Numbered from the stretch's first letter, positions 45,798 to 56,339 are shown. The stretch: 64,000 nucleotides of DNA from Patescibacteria group bacterium (GCA_026397045.1 JAPLVO010000008.1:20850-84849), one strand, 5' to 3'. The notes: a model not told the origin generated them from the sequence alone. Program-made: numbers and translations.

Positions 45798-47156
45798 TTA
45801 ATTTTGGCCGCCTCGGTCAATAGACTTAAAGAGGGTTTGCTCGGGCTGGAAGAATAGTTCGACTTCGCCAGTTGGACCATTACGATGCTTTTTTATAAGA
45901 ATATCCGCGATATTCTTCTTCTCAGAATCCTTCTCATAATAATCCTCGCGATATATAAACATCACTACATCAGCATCCTGCTCTATAGAACCAGATTCTC
46001 GTAAATCGGACAACTGCGGGATCTTTGGTGATCTTTGCTCAACCGACCTAGAAAGCTGAGACAAGGCAATAACAGGCACATTTAGCTCTCGGGCCATTCC
46101 CTTAAGACCGCGGGATATTTCGGATATCTCCTGAACCCTATTTTCTGATGAGTTACGGCCACTCATTAGCTGCAAATAATCTATAACTATCAGCCCTAGA
46201 TCGTGCTCAGATTGAAGACGGCGGGCTTTAGTTCTCATCTCCATAACATTTGCCATGGCAGAGTCGTCGATGTATATCGGCGCTTCGGACAATACCCCCA
46301 TGGCCTTATTGAGTTTTTCAAAATCCTTATCTTCAAGACTCCCCGTTCTAAGCTTCCAGCTATCAATGCCGGCCTCCGACGCGAGAAGTCTGTCTATCAA
46401 TTGCTCCTTGCTCATCTCTAGGCTAAATACGCCCACTGGGACACCCTCTTTAGTTGCGACATTCTGGGCAATATTTAACGCCAAGCTAGTTTTGCCCATA
46501 CTAGGCCGAGCCGCTAAGATAATTAAGTCGGATTTCTGTAGGCCTGCCAAAAGATTATCTATCCCGGAAAATCCAGTTGGAACTCCGCGCAGACTTTCTT
46601 TATCTTTGTGCAAGCTATCGAGACGATCAAAACTCTCGGCTAGGACATCCTTTATAGACACAAAGTTTTGCCTGAGGTGCTTTTGGCTGACATCGAAAAG
46701 TGTTTTCTCGGCATTATCCAATAAGCTATCGAGAGGCTGATCCTCGTCATAGGCCATTGTGTTAATTTGACTAGAGGCCTTGATTAGTCTTCGCAGAGTG
46801 GCCTTTTGGGCAACAAACTGGGCGTACTGCACTACATGCGCAGCTGATGGAACGCCATTAACAAGCTCCGTCAGGTAACTTGCGCCGCCCATACTCTTAA
46901 GTGTACCCTGCTTATCCAGCTCTTCAGAGAGTGTTACTACATCTAGCGGTTCGCGTTTTTCGTATAGACTAAGGATGGATTCAAATATATGACTATTTTT
47001 ATCTACATAAAAATCGTCAATATGCACTACATCGGCAATTTTAATTATTGCGTCTTTATCCATCAGTAGCGACCCAAGTAGGCTGGCTTCGGCCTGGGGG
47101 TTTTGCGGCGGTACCTTGACGCTCAGGACCTCTTTGGCTGTAAACTTCTTAGCCAT
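45798..47156 (-). CDS. dnaB: replicative DNA helicase
   Basis: DnaB N-terminal domain plus RecA-like core (Walker A ARPSMGKTSLALN). Confidence 0.9.
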   Translation of the reverse strand: MAKKFTAKEVLSVKVPPQNPQAEASLLGSLLMDKDAIIKIADVVHIDDFYVDKNSHIFESILSLYEKREPLDVVTLSEELDKQGTLKSMGGASYLTELVNGVPSAAHVVQYAQFVAQKATLRRLIKASSQINTMAYDEDQPLDSLLDNAEKTLFDVSQKHLRQNFVSIKDVLAESFDRLDSLHKDKESLRGVPTGFSGIDNLLAGLQKSDLIILAARPSMGKTSLALNIAQNVATKEGVPVGVFSLEMSKEQLIDRLLASEAGIDSWKLRTGSLEDKDFEKLNKAMGVLSEAPIYIDDSAMANVMEMRTKARRLQSEHDLGLIVIDYLQLMSGRNSSENRVQEISEISRGLKGMARELNVPVIALSQLSRSVEQRSPKIPQLSDLRESGSIEQDADVVMFIYREDYYEKDSEKKNIADILIKKHRNGPTGEVELFFQPEQTLFKSIDRGGQN

Positions 47157-48591
47157 CTATTACCTCTCCGCCCAGTATCGCCATCGCTGAACTGACTAAT
47201 TCTTCCTGAGAATCGATCTGAGTGGGCTTTTTAATAGCTTCCAGCTTGATAATTAGATGCATACTTCGACCATACACCTTGGTAAAGGCCTTCTCGACTA
47301 AACTAGTATTTCGTGGTTCAGCGATTCTATCCTTATGAAAGCTAAACCTACAGACGACCTCAATACTATCTTTGTAGACTCTAATCTCCGCTCCTTTCAG
47401 GACTGCATATAAAGAATTGTTGTAGTGCTTGATGACACTAAGCGACTTAATGAACAACTCCTCGCTGTCAGGTCTTAGTTTGGTCTCGGGCTCTAGGGTT
47501 TTACTCTTAGGGGCGCCAGCGGTGCTAGCACCCTCAATATTACCTACCTCTTTGTGTGAATTAACCTGGGCTGAGGCGAGAGCCATTGGCATTGTGGGCT
47601 GGGTGCTATTAGCCTGTGAATTTATGAACGATTTAGCTAGCCCAACCTGTAAAACTAGCTGCGGCAATGATGACTGACGAATATTTGACTGCACCCAGTG
47701 AAGGTTCTCAGCGAGGCCTAGTAGGAACTCATCACTGTACACATCCCCTTGTTGCAAATAACTCTGAATACTATCTAGCATCTGCTGGGCCAGCAGTGAA
47801 GTATCGGCGCCGGAGTCGTATAGCGCCTGTAAGAATGAAAGCATTTCCTTGATTTGATTGGCATCTCGGGCATCAAATATCTGTTTTATTTTAGTGCTAT
47901 CCTGTAGCCCTGTGAAGTCCGATATTATGCTAACCGTTATTGGCCCTTTAATGGCCGAGACTTGGTCTAATAAGCTAATTGCATCCCTAAAGCCACCCCG
48001 GCTGATCTTAGCAATCAAGTCCAGTGCCTTGTCTTCAATTATTATATTTTCTTGGTCTGCGATGTATCTTAAGTGCTTTGTCATATCAGAAGCAAGGATT
48101 GGCTTAAAATCGAATCTTTGCGTCCTGGATGTAATTGTCTCGGGCAGCTTGTGCGCTTCGGTGGTGGCAAAAATAAATACGACATGGGCAGGTGGCTCCT
48201 CGAGGGTCTTTAATAGGGCATTAAAGGCAGGGGTGGTGAGCATGTGTACTTCATCGATAATATAAACCTTGTACTCGAGCTTGGCAGGTAAAACCTGGAC
48301 TTTCTCTCTAAGGCTTCGAATTTCATCTATGCCGCGATTACTAGCCCCATCTATCTCTATTATATCGAGGTGGCTAGATATAGAATCCTCCTTATTTAGG
48401 CCGTTTAATTGCTTGGCGATAATCCTAGCAATGCTTGTTTTACCAACACCACGCGGCCCCGTAAGCAGATAAGCGTGACTATGTTTGCCCGTGGCTATAG
48501 CGTTAGTAAGAGTACTAACGACATGCTTCTGGCCAACTACCTCGCTGAAGTCAGCAGATCTATATTTACGATATAAAGCTAAATTAGACAA
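47149..48591 (-). CDS. dnaX: DNA polymerase III subunit gamma/tau
   Basis: AAA+ HAYLLTGPRGVGKTS, Zn module, sensor 2. Confidence 0.9.
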   Translation of the reverse strand: MSNLALYRKYRSADFSEVVGQKHVVSTLTNAIATGKHSHAYLLTGPRGVGKTSIARIIAKQLNGLNKEDSISSHLDIIEIDGASNRGIDEIRSLREKVQVLPAKLEYKVYIIDEVHMLTTPAFNALLKTLEEPPAHVVFIFATTEAHKLPETITSRTQRFDFKPILASDMTKHLRYIADQENIIIEDKALDLIAKISRGGFRDAISLLDQVSAIKGPITVSIISDFTGLQDSTKIKQIFDARDANQIKEMLSFLQALYDSGADTSLLAQQMLDSIQSYLQQGDVYSDEFLLGLAENLHWVQSNIRQSSLPQLVLQVGLAKSFINSQANSTQPTMPMALASAQVNSHKEVGNIEGASTAGAPKSKTLEPETKLRPDSEELFIKSLSVIKHYNNSLYAVLKGAEIRVYKDSIEVVCRFSFHKDRIAEPRNTSLVEKAFTKVYGRSMHLIIKLEAIKKPTQIDSQEELVSSAMAILGGEVIDG

Positions 48592-48649
48592 ACCACTCTC
48601 CTACTTTAGTAGCTATTATAGCTGATTAGTTAGGCCTTTTACAGGTCTA

Positions 48650-49192
48650 TTATATAGTAGAGATAAGCGCCTCTATGGCAGCCCAAGAAGGCTTGGTACC
48701 AGCCGGCACAACGATTGTGACTTCATCGCCTGGCTGAGCCTTGAAATAAGTGACACTGGCATAAAGAACTCGATATTTTATATCGCCAACCACTGCAACA
48801 TATTGGCCATTCTCGAGTGATATCTTGGCTATAATCTTTTTGCGTTCTACTGGACCAATCTGCTTGTATATAAAGCTACCGTCCTGAGCTATAGTTAGCT
48901 TGAGAGTGTCTCCTTCGACTAGCTTGGATTTAGAAGCATAATTAGCTGGTACTGGATAGACTTTGCCATCTGGACCAATCATATTCTGGCCATCAAACTG
49001 GCCTTCTATTATTTTACCAATGGAGTCCTGTGAGCCAGGCTGAACTAAATCTTGAAGCTTGGGCTCAGGCAAATCACTTGAACTAACGCCGAGCTTCTTA
49101 AGCTCTTCTTCTACCTGTTTAATAGTATCTTGAGCGACCTGCATTTGGGTCGCTAGATTCTGCATAATTTTCTGTTTATCTTTATCTATCAT
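48650..49192 (-). CDS. hypothetical protein (N-terminal coiled coil, C-terminal beta-rich domain)
   Basis: ORF with coding-like composition. No motif recognised. Confidence 0.35.
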   Translation of the reverse strand: MIDKDKQKIMQNLATQMQVAQDTIKQVEEELKKLGVSSSDLPEPKLQDLVQPGSQDSIGKIIEGQFDGQNMIGPDGKVYPVPANYASKSKLVEGDTLKLTIAQDGSFIYKQIGPVERKKIIAKISLENGQYVAVVGDIKYRVLYASVTYFKAQPGDEVTIVVPAGTKPSWAAIEALISTI

Positions 49193-49304
49193 TTTGTTAA
49201 CCTACCTTACATAAATTACTTTTTACACATTTTAGCAAGAAACAGTACAAAAGCCAAACAAAAAAGACCCCAAAGGGTCTAAATTGTGATTTACAGATTA
49301 AAAA

Positions 49305-49760
49305 CTACTGCAATTCAATTGTCGCTCCGGCCTCTTCAAGCTTCTTCTTGGCCTCTTCTGCCTCTTTGGCAGGCACAGCTTCTTTGATCATCTTAGGCGC
49401 ACCATCTACCACAGCCTTGCTTTCTGCAAGACCTAGGCCAGATACTTCGCGCACTGCCTTGATTACATCAATTTTCTTTTCGCCTGTTGCAGTTAGCATA
49501 ATGTCGTAAGCACTTTTAGCCTCTTCGACTTCCGCTTCACCACCTGCTGGACCACCAACCGCAGCTGCTGCAGCTGGAGCGGCAGCACTTACGCCAAAGT
49601 GATCTTCCAAAACCTTAACTAATTCTGACAAATCTAAAACACTTAGTTCCGAGATTTGGTCAACTAGTGATTTAAACTTTGCGGGTACTTCTTTATTCTC
49701 TTCAACTGAAGCTACAGATTCCTCTTTAACTTCATCTTTTTTCGTAATTTCTTCTGCCAT
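49305..49760 (-). CDS. rplL: 50S ribosomal protein L7/L12 with ~27-aa acidic/Lys-rich N-terminal extension
   Basis: [29 protein letters not shown], Ala-rich hinge. 151 aa versus the usual ~122. Confidence 0.85.
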   Translation of the reverse strand: MAEEITKKDEVKEESVASVEENKEVPAKFKSLVDQISELSVLDLSELVKVLEDHFGVSAAAPAAAAAVGGPAGGEAEVEEAKSAYDIMLTATGEKKIDVIKAVREVSGLGLAESKAVVDGAPKMIKEAVPAKEAEEAKKKLEEAGATIELQ

Positions 49761-49761
49761 T

Positions 49762-50298
49762 TTATACTTCTCCCTTCTTAACTTGCAGTGCGTTTAGCAC
49801 ATGCAATACTTGAGTTATATTGCCATTTAGGACTCTTACAAATCCACTTAGTGGAGCCGCAATTGTACCTACTACTTGGGCCGTAAGAATCTCTCGACTC
49901 GGTAGCTTAGCTAGCGCTAAGATATTTTCACGGCTTATTGTGTTCCCTGATTCATCGATGCCACCAATGATCTCTAGGTTCTCATTTGTTTTAGCAAAAT
50001 CTGCAATTACTTTGCAGGTTTGTGCTTCATCCTGACCAAAAGCAATTGCCATTGGTCCTGTAAAAACCGAATGATCGGCTTTTTTAAGTTCGGTTTGTGC
50101 GATAGCAACCTTTACTAAGGTATTTTTACTTACCTTATAGCTGATACCGGCCTCTCGTAGCTTATTGCGCAAATCGTTAATTGACGGGACATCTAAGCCG
50201 CGGTAATCAGTCATTACGGCAATTTTGCTACTTGTGAAGGCCTCGGCTAAGACCTTTACATCAGCCTCTTTTTGCTTGCGTGTTTTTGCCATAGGCAT
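49762..50298 (-). CDS. rplJ: 50S ribosomal protein L10
   Basis: L10 family, located directly upstream of rplL. Confidence 0.85.
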   Translation of the reverse strand: MPMAKTRKQKEADVKVLAEAFTSSKIAVMTDYRGLDVPSINDLRNKLREAGISYKVSKNTLVKVAIAQTELKKADHSVFTGPMAIAFGQDEAQTCKVIADFAKTNENLEIIGGIDESGNTISRENILALAKLPSREILTAQVVGTIAAPLSGFVRVLNGNITQVLHVLNALQVKKGEV

Positions 50299-50483
50299 CC
50301 TCCGATGCTTTAAATTTAATGTGCATGATTACCAAACAAAAAGCCCCCGGTAATAAACCTAGGACCTTAAAGTTTGAAAATCTATTGTTAGATTTGTAAC
50401 CTCATGTAGCGAATTAAGTCATTTAGACTGCTACAGTCTTTGGTAATCGATATTATTATAGCAGCTTAGCGGTGAATATTCAA
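50299..50483 (-). promoter_or_regulatory. rplJ 5' leader (possible L10 autoregulatory leader)
   Basis: 185-nt untranslated spacer upstream of rplJ. Inferred from the conserved L10-leader position only. Confidence 0.25.
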
Positions 50484-51755
50484 CTACAAACTACGCTTAA
50501 ACGCATTATCGTATGGCCATGCAAGGTCATTGGCTAGCTTGGCGGTGTAGGTAGCGAGCTGGTTACTTTGTAGATCGCCTAAAATGGCTTTGCCTATCAG
50601 CATGCCGAGCTCTCTGGACTGGGAAATGCCTATGCCACGACTAGTTAGGGCCGCCATGCCAAGTCTCAGGCCACTGGGCCGCCATGCTGATTTGAGGTCG
50701 CCGGGCACTGAATTACGATTTGTTATTACACCTGAAACTTCAAGTGTTTGCTGAATTGCTAGGCTATCGGAGGCCTTGGGCAGATTAATTAAGCTAAGGT
50801 GGGTTTCGCTCTTGGCTGAGACGGTAATGCCAGACGAGAGTACTCCTTGCTCTAGCGAAGCAGTATTAGCTACGACTGATTTGATGTATTTACTAAAAGG
50901 CACTTTGTCGGTGTACTCGTCCTCGCCGAGTACCTCCATTAAGGCCTGGCCAACGGCAGCTATCTGATTGAGATGCGGCCCACCGCTGGTTCCAGGAAAA
51001 ACAGTCTTATTGATCGCTGGCATGTACTGCTTTTTAGCAAAAAGTAACGCTGAGCGCGGTCCACGCAGTGTCTTGTGCGTGGTTGTTGTCACGAAGTCCG
51101 CCCCACTGCCATCAGGATTAAATGGGCTGCTGTGCTCACCGGTGGCGACTAATCCTGAAATGTGAGCAATATCTGCCAATACAAGGCAGCCATTACCATG
51201 AGCCAGGCTGCATATTTCTGTAAACTCATACTTTTGTGGATAGGCCGAAAACCCAACGACCAATAACCTTGGCTTATACTTAATAATTTTGCGCTTAAGC
51301 TCGGCTAGATCCAAAACAAAGCCCTGGGGGCTAGGCGTGAGGTAGTATGATTGGTGGTTGAAGAACTTTAGATAGCTGCTAGACGAGTGAAGATGGCTGA
51401 GGTGGCCACCGCTGGCTAAGTCCAGGCTAAGTACTGTATCGCCAGGCTCAAGAACAGTTAAAAATACCATGGCATTTGCTGGGCTACCAGACAGTACTTG
51501 GACATTTACGCCATACTCACCAGTTGAATCAAACACCTCAAGAGACTTTTGCTGTACAAACTCTTCTAGCTCATCGGCGAGTATGTTGCCTCCATAATAT
51601 CGCTTTCCTGGGTAGCCTTCGGCGTATTTATCATTCCATATTGAACCTAGCAAATCTAAAACTTTAGGACTTGGGTAGTTTTCTGAGGCTATTAAATTGA
51701 TAGTGGCTTGCTGACGAGAGTTTTCTTGCTCAGTTAGCTTGTATATTTTATTCAT
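50484..51755 (-). CDS. glyA: serine hydroxymethyltransferase
   Basis: PLP-lysine signature TTTTHKTLRGPRSAL. Confidence 0.9.
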   Translation of the reverse strand: MNKIYKLTEQENSRQQATINLIASENYPSPKVLDLLGSIWNDKYAEGYPGKRYYGGNILADELEEFVQQKSLEVFDSTGEYGVNVQVLSGSPANAMVFLTVLEPGDTVLSLDLASGGHLSHLHSSSSYLKFFNHQSYYLTPSPQGFVLDLAELKRKIIKYKPRLLVVGFSAYPQKYEFTEICSLAHGNGCLVLADIAHISGLVATGEHSSPFNPDGSGADFVTTTTHKTLRGPRSALLFAKKQYMPAINKTVFPGTSGGPHLNQIAAVGQALMEVLGEDEYTDKVPFSKYIKSVVANTASLEQGVLSSGITVSAKSETHLSLINLPKASDSLAIQQTLEVSGVITNRNSVPGDLKSAWRPSGLRLGMAALTSRGIGISQSRELGMLIGKAILGDLQSNQLATYTAKLANDLAWPYDNAFKRSL

Positions 51756-51929
51756 TATATGCCCTAATTATACCATTTAGCTTACAAATGTAATTAATTA
51801 ATGTATCCTTTTATGGCTACCCGCCAAACTACGATCAGTTAGGCCTGCTAACAGATACTAGCAGATCAATTGCTGGGTTACTCGGATATAAAAAGCCCCA
51901 ATGTGGGGCTTTTTATATAATTGACCGAG

Positions 51930-52898
51930 CTATTTCTGCCTGGCCTCACGCAAGGCCTCGTTGTGGTCGAGCCTGATGCTAGGGCTCATGCTAGAAGTTA
52001 TATATATATTTCGGATAAACACTCCTTTGACTCCACTCGGCTTAGCCGATGAAAGAGCCTTAACTACCGATCTGGCATTGGAATATAGATCCTCAGGCTT
52101 GAAGCTAAGTTTCCCAATCGCGACATGTATAACCCCATTGGCATCATTCTTGATTTCCACCTTACCCTTCTTAAACTCATCGACTGCCTTGGCTGGATCG
52201 GCCGTTACAGTACCATTTTTAGGTGAAGGCATTAAGCCTTTTGGGCCAAGTATTTTCGCAAGTTTGCCTAGCTCACTCATTTTGTCTGGGCTGGCAATTA
52301 ATATATCAAAATTAAACTTTTCCTTTGCTATTTCTTTTAATATAAGTTCACCATCTACAAAATCAGCTCCTGCCTTCTTAGCTGCCTCAGATTCATTCTC
52401 GCCAGATATCACGGCAACTACCAAAGTTTTGCCAGTACCTGCAGGTAATGAGATATTAGTTCTTACCATCTGATCAGCCTGCCTAGGATCAATATTTAGC
52501 GTTGCATGCAATTCAGCAGTTGCGTCAAATTTTACCTTAGAAATCTTGGGCAGCAAAGCCATGGCCTCTGCAAGCGTGTAGAGCTTATCCTTTTCGAGCA
52601 TATCTCGCGCAGACTTCTGGTTCTTTGTGTACTTTTTAACTCTAGGCTTTTGTTTGGTTTTCGGTACTTCGATGGATTTTTTAGAATCTATCTTTTTAGC
52701 CTCTTTGGCTTCTTTATCACTGGCCTCGGTTTGGGCCTTAATGCTTCTCTTACCGGATTTAGCAACCTTTACGGGTTTTTCTAATTCACTAGCTGAAGAC
52801 TCACCTAACTCTGCTACTTCTTTAGGCTCTAAGTCTTTCTTTATAACTTTTTTGATTGATTTTTTACTATCTTCCATATCATCTCCTTCGGTGGTCAA
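51930..52898 (-). CDS. rplA: 50S ribosomal protein L1 with ~85-aa Lys/Glu-rich N-terminal extension
   Basis: Canonical L1 begins near KKYTKNQKSARDMLEKDKLYTLAEA. No in-frame ATG/GTG/TTG start near that point, so the extension appears to be translated. Confidence 0.8.
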   Translation of the reverse strand: MTTEGDDMEDSKKSIKKVIKKDLEPKEVAELGESSASELEKPVKVAKSGKRSIKAQTEASDKEAKEAKKIDSKKSIEVPKTKQKPRVKKYTKNQKSARDMLEKDKLYTLAEAMALLPKISKVKFDATAELHATLNIDPRQADQMVRTNISLPAGTGKTLVVAVISGENESEAAKKAGADFVDGELILKEIAKEKFNFDILIASPDKMSELGKLAKILGPKGLMPSPKNGTVTADPAKAVDEFKKGKVEIKNDANGVIHVAIGKLSFKPEDLYSNARSVVKALSSAKPSGVKGVFIRNIYITSSMSPSIRLDHNEALREARQK

Positions 52899-52940
52899 GC
52901 TCTAAAGTTTAATTAGATCCCACGATTAGGTTATTATTAT

Positions 52941-53369
52941 TTACTCTACCTCTACCCCCATAGACCTTGCAGTGCCAGCAATTATTTTTTTTGCGGCTTC
53001 TATATCATTAGCATTTAAATCTGGCATTTTTATTTCTGCTATTTCGGTGAGCTGGGCTTGTGTTAGTTTCCCAACTTTATCCTTATTGGGAACGCCAGAA
53101 GCCTTTTTGAGCTTTAGAGCTTCTTTTATTAGGGTTTTAGCGGGGGTGCCTTTGGTGACAAAGCTCATTGACTTGTCTTCATAAATAGTGACATGAACTG
53201 GAGTAGGCTGACCCTTGCGATCTTGAGTCTGCTCATTAAAAGGATTTATAAAATCCATCATGTTAACTCCGTATTGACCTAGTGACGAGCCTACAGGAGG
53301 CGCTGGTGTAGCCTGACCTCCCATAATTACCATCTTTACTTTAGCTTGAATTTTTTTTACTGCTGCCAT
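52941..53369 (-). CDS. rplK: 50S ribosomal protein L11
   Basis: MAAVKKIQAKVKMVIMGGQATPAPPVGSSLGQYGVN. Confidence 0.9.
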   Translation of the reverse strand: MAAVKKIQAKVKMVIMGGQATPAPPVGSSLGQYGVNMMDFINPFNEQTQDRKGQPTPVHVTIYEDKSMSFVTKGTPAKTLIKEALKLKKASGVPNKDKVGKLTQAQLTEIAEIKMPDLNANDIEAAKKIIAGTARSMGVEVE

Positions 53370-53385
53370 TTTTAGTAGTTCCTTT

Positions 53386-53919
53386 CTAGATCTTCTTTAC
53401 TTGCAGGGAATCGAGTTCAACTGGTGTTTCGCGTCCGAACATACTAACTAGCACCTTAATCTTGCCCTTCTGCTCATCGATTTCATTAACCTGACCATCA
53501 AAGCCCTTAAAGGGGCCATCGGTGATATTTACTGTTTCGCCTATCTTGAAGTCTATTACATATTTGGGTTCGTCAATGCCCATTCTACGCTGAATAGACT
53601 TGACCTCGTCTTCACTTAGAGGTGTTGGCGTGGTACTAGTGCCTACAAAGCCAGTTACATTAGGCGTGTTACGAACCACGAACCAAGAATCCTCGGTGAT
53701 AGCCATCTGTACCATGATATACCCGGGGAATATCTTACGCTCAACTGTTTTACGGTGGCCATTCTTGATTTCTATTTGCTTTTCTTTGGGCACGATAATA
53801 TCAAATATCTTATCCTTCATGTCTAAAGAATCAGTTCGCTGGCGCAAGGCTTCAGAAACTTGATCTTCATAACCAGAGTAAGTGTGAATAACGAACCAAT
53901 CTTTTTGTACTGTAGACAT
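53386..53919 (-). CDS. nusG: transcription antitermination factor NusG
   Basis: NGN (WFVIHTYSGYEDQV) plus KOW domains. Confidence 0.9.
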   Translation of the reverse strand: MSTVQKDWFVIHTYSGYEDQVSEALRQRTDSLDMKDKIFDIIVPKEKQIEIKNGHRKTVERKIFPGYIMVQMAITEDSWFVVRNTPNVTGFVGTSTTPTPLSEDEVKSIQRRMGIDEPKYVIDFKIGETVNITDGPFKGFDGQVNEIDEQKGKIKVLVSMFGRETPVELDSLQVKKI

Positions 53920-54110
53920 TATGGAATCCTCAAAATTAATGACTTTAATGTTGTTCTCCAGGCAGCGTCAAGGCCTGCGAGTATTAAGCCCAGGATAATA
54001 GATACTGCAACTATCAAACCAGCTAGTTGAAGGGCTTGCTTTCGAGTTGGCCAAACAACTTTTTGCATTTCGGCCACTGATTTCTTGATGTAATTTGTAA
54101 ATCCGTGCAT
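53919..54110 (-). CDS. secE: preprotein translocase subunit SecE
   Basis: 63 aa with one TM helix and a VVWPTRKQ motif. Directly upstream of nusG. Confidence 0.75.
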   Translation of the reverse strand: MHGFTNYIKKSVAEMQKVVWPTRKQALQLAGLIVAVSIILGLILAGLDAAWRTTLKSLILRIP

Positions 54111-54191
54111 GATTCGTATCTAATCTAAAAAAGCCCTTTGCGGCCTTTCTTGTATTTTACCTAATAAATAGGGGCTTTGTCAACAATTTCA

Positions 54192-55460
54192 TTATGGCCT
54201 TGGCAGCTTGATATCAATAGAGCTAGGCAGGCTGTTAGATAGCTGTGTTAGATATGAGGCTAATTCCGCCGATACCGCTGAACTCGCTATGAAATAAGTA
54301 ATCACTATAACTGCTGCAATCATCACGACAATTAGCAGACTGAGATATCCAGGGTTACGATTGTTGTGCATTACTAAGCCAGCTCTCATGCCATGAACAC
54401 GAACAACTCTTGCCCAGTACCCCACTTGCCAGGCAGTCCATACCGACCATAGGATATACAAAAAAGTCGAGAATGAGGATAATACAAGTATCTGAAGGCT
54501 CACGGCGGTTGTAGTATCTATTAGATAAACATTTATAGCTACCAGGCCAAGGCTAAGGCCGAAAAACAGCATCAAATGCAGCATCCATACGAACCCATAT
54601 TTAATACTGGCTAGAGGGTGGCTGAGGGTATACTTGAAGGCGGGGCTTAATTTAGCCGTTCCAGTTTCGGTGCCTATTGCAACGCTAGCCATCAACCAAA
54701 ACCTTAAGGTCGAATACGCTGCAATCATCATAATCAGCACCAATAATGCGCATAGGCACAGAAAAGCTTGCTGATATATAGAGCCATAGCCGAGCACATA
54801 TATAGCCAGTATGGTTAAAGCCGCAAACCCTAAAATAAGCATAAATACCATTACTTTTACAATCTTCTGTAGAAAGCTACCTAATATCTGGCTAGCTGAT
54901 TGTTTTAATGAATTAGAAAGCTTGGGCTCACGATTATCTAGCTGCTGATACCTGAACCTTAACAGTGCAGGAGTTATTAGGCTATCGGCAATAATACTAA
55001 CTAGAGCAATTATAAGTATGGTGCCTCCTAATACTATGAGCATGGATGTATTTTGGGCCGATACACCAGCCTTTAGCTCTATAAGCAGCTCATCGAGTTT
55101 TAAGACTGATAAATAGCGCAACTGAAATATCAAGATTGGCAAAATTACGAAAAATAAAACTCGAGCCCCTAATAAGTTTCTGGCTAATGACAGCTGGAAT
55201 ATGTCTGCAATCAAAACGGACTTCCAGGCCGAACTAACCATAGTGATAACTCCTGATTGAGCTGGCCTGGGAGCTGGGGCTTGAGTTGGAGTTGGCCTGG
55301 GAGCTGGAGCTCGAGTCGGAGTTGGCCTGGGAGGTGGAGCTGGAGCTCGAGTCGGAGTTGGCCTGGGAGCTGGGGCTGGCCTGGCAGCTGAAACCTTCGG
55401 ACTTTTTACAGTCGACATGCGTGAGACCCTTTTAATATCAATGTTTTTTGGTGTAGCCAT
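54192..55460 (-). CDS. polytopic membrane protein with N-terminal Pro/Thr/Ala-rich tandem repeats
   Basis: (RPTPTRAPAP)n N-terminus then about 8 TM helices. No family recognised. Confidence 0.4.
   Translation of the reverse strand: MATPKNIDIKRVSRMSTVKSPKVSAARPAPAPRPTPTRAPAPPPRPTPTRAPAPRPTPTQAPAPRPAQSGVITMVSSAWKSVLIADIFQLSLARNLLGARVLFFVILPILIFQLRYLSVLKLDELLIELKAGVSAQNTSMLIVLGGTILIIALVSIIADSLITPALLRFRYQQLDNREPKLSNSLKQSASQILGSFLQKIVKVMVFMLILGFAALTILAIYVLGYGSIYQQAFLCLCALLVLIMMIAAYSTLRFWLMASVAIGTETGTAKLSPAFKYTLSHPLASIKYGFVWMLHLMLFFGLSLGLVAINVYLIDTTTAVSLQILVLSSFSTFLYILWSVWTAWQVGYWARVVRVHGMRAGLVMHNNRNPGYLSLLIVVMIAAVIVITYFIASSAVSAELASYLTQLSNSLPSSIDIKLPRP
55258..55390 (-). repeat. ~33-bp tandem DNA repeat (~4 copies) encoding the P/T/A-rich repeats
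   Basis: TGGCCTGGGAGCTGGRGCTYGAGTYGGAGT units. One copy carries a 6-nt insertion. Confidence 0.6.
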
Positions 55461-55494
55461 TAAAGTTATGTCTACTAATTATAACCCCTATGAG

Positions 55495-56334
55495 CTATAG
55501 CGCAAAACTTCTTTTGATCTTTATGAACAATAAAATTCTAATTTTTACGAATAAAGGAAGGCTGGCTCTAGATTTTGAAAGCTCACTGGCAGGCCTACTA
55601 TTTATCAATTTAGTTAACTCGCTGAAGTACGAATAAGCAAGCTCCACACCATATCGGCTAGACTTAGGTAGGGACTTTATAGCTCCACTGGCTATTTTTA
55701 GATCCTTATTTATATCTTCTGTGATGTCAGTGATATCTTGCTGGGTTAGGTTCTTTGAAGATTTGCCAGGAAAATATAATCGGCCAAGATTACCAGAATC
55801 ATCGGAGATATCTCTTAGGAAATTTATCTTTTGGAATGCAGAGCCCAGTGCTCTGGCAGATGGCTTTAACTCCCTAAACTTTTTCTTATCACCGGCCACA
55901 AATACCATTAAGCACATTAGGCCCACAGCTTCAGCTGAGCCATATATATAATCACTGTACTCTTCTAGAGAATACCGCTTCTTTTTAATATCCATGCGCA
56001 TGCTATCCATGAATGAGTCGATCAAATCCATGGGTATACCGTACTCACGAACAACCAAGCAAAAACTATGGACAATTGGGTTAATGCTAAAACCCGTCTT
56101 TAAGGCTCTTTTGGTGTCAGCTGTTAGCTCATCGAGATATTCAGCCATTTCCTTAGGCCGCCATGTATCCACGACCTCGTCTGCTATTCTAACAAACCCG
56201 TAAATAGACACTATTGAGTCTGCCACTTTGGGGCTAAGGAGCTTAGTTGCAGATGAGAATGAGCTTGAATAAGAGAAGGTGATGTCTCGACTTAAGCGAA
56301 TGCTTATTTGGTTATATAGGCCAATATTAATCAC
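55495..56334 (-). CDS. crtB: phytoene/squalene synthase family (CrtB/CrtM-like)
   Basis: Asp-rich YGFVRIADEVVD and signature-2 LGSAFQKINFLRDISDDSGNLGRLYFP. Confidence 0.7.
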   Translation of the reverse strand: MINIGLYNQISIRLSRDITFSYSSSFSSATKLLSPKVADSIVSIYGFVRIADEVVDTWRPKEMAEYLDELTADTKRALKTGFSINPIVHSFCLVVREYGIPMDLIDSFMDSMRMDIKKKRYSLEEYSDYIYGSAEAVGLMCLMVFVAGDKKKFRELKPSARALGSAFQKINFLRDISDDSGNLGRLYFPGKSSKNLTQQDITDITEDINKDLKIASGAIKSLPKSSRYGVELAYSYFSELTKLINSRPASELSKSRASLPLFVKIRILLFIKIKRSFAL

Positions 56335-56339
56335 TGCTA

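Noticed and set aside
46255-48265. Long antisense track ORFs inside dnaB and dnaX (e.g. 46255-46740, 47858-48265). The same applies to 51961-52473 and 52506-52905 antisense to rplA, 16703-17092 inside murG, and 22185-22610 inside rsmH.
   Set aside because: They overlap strongly supported conserved genes on the opposite strand and are Ser/Leu/Arg-rich, as expected for antisense frames of AT-rich coding DNA.
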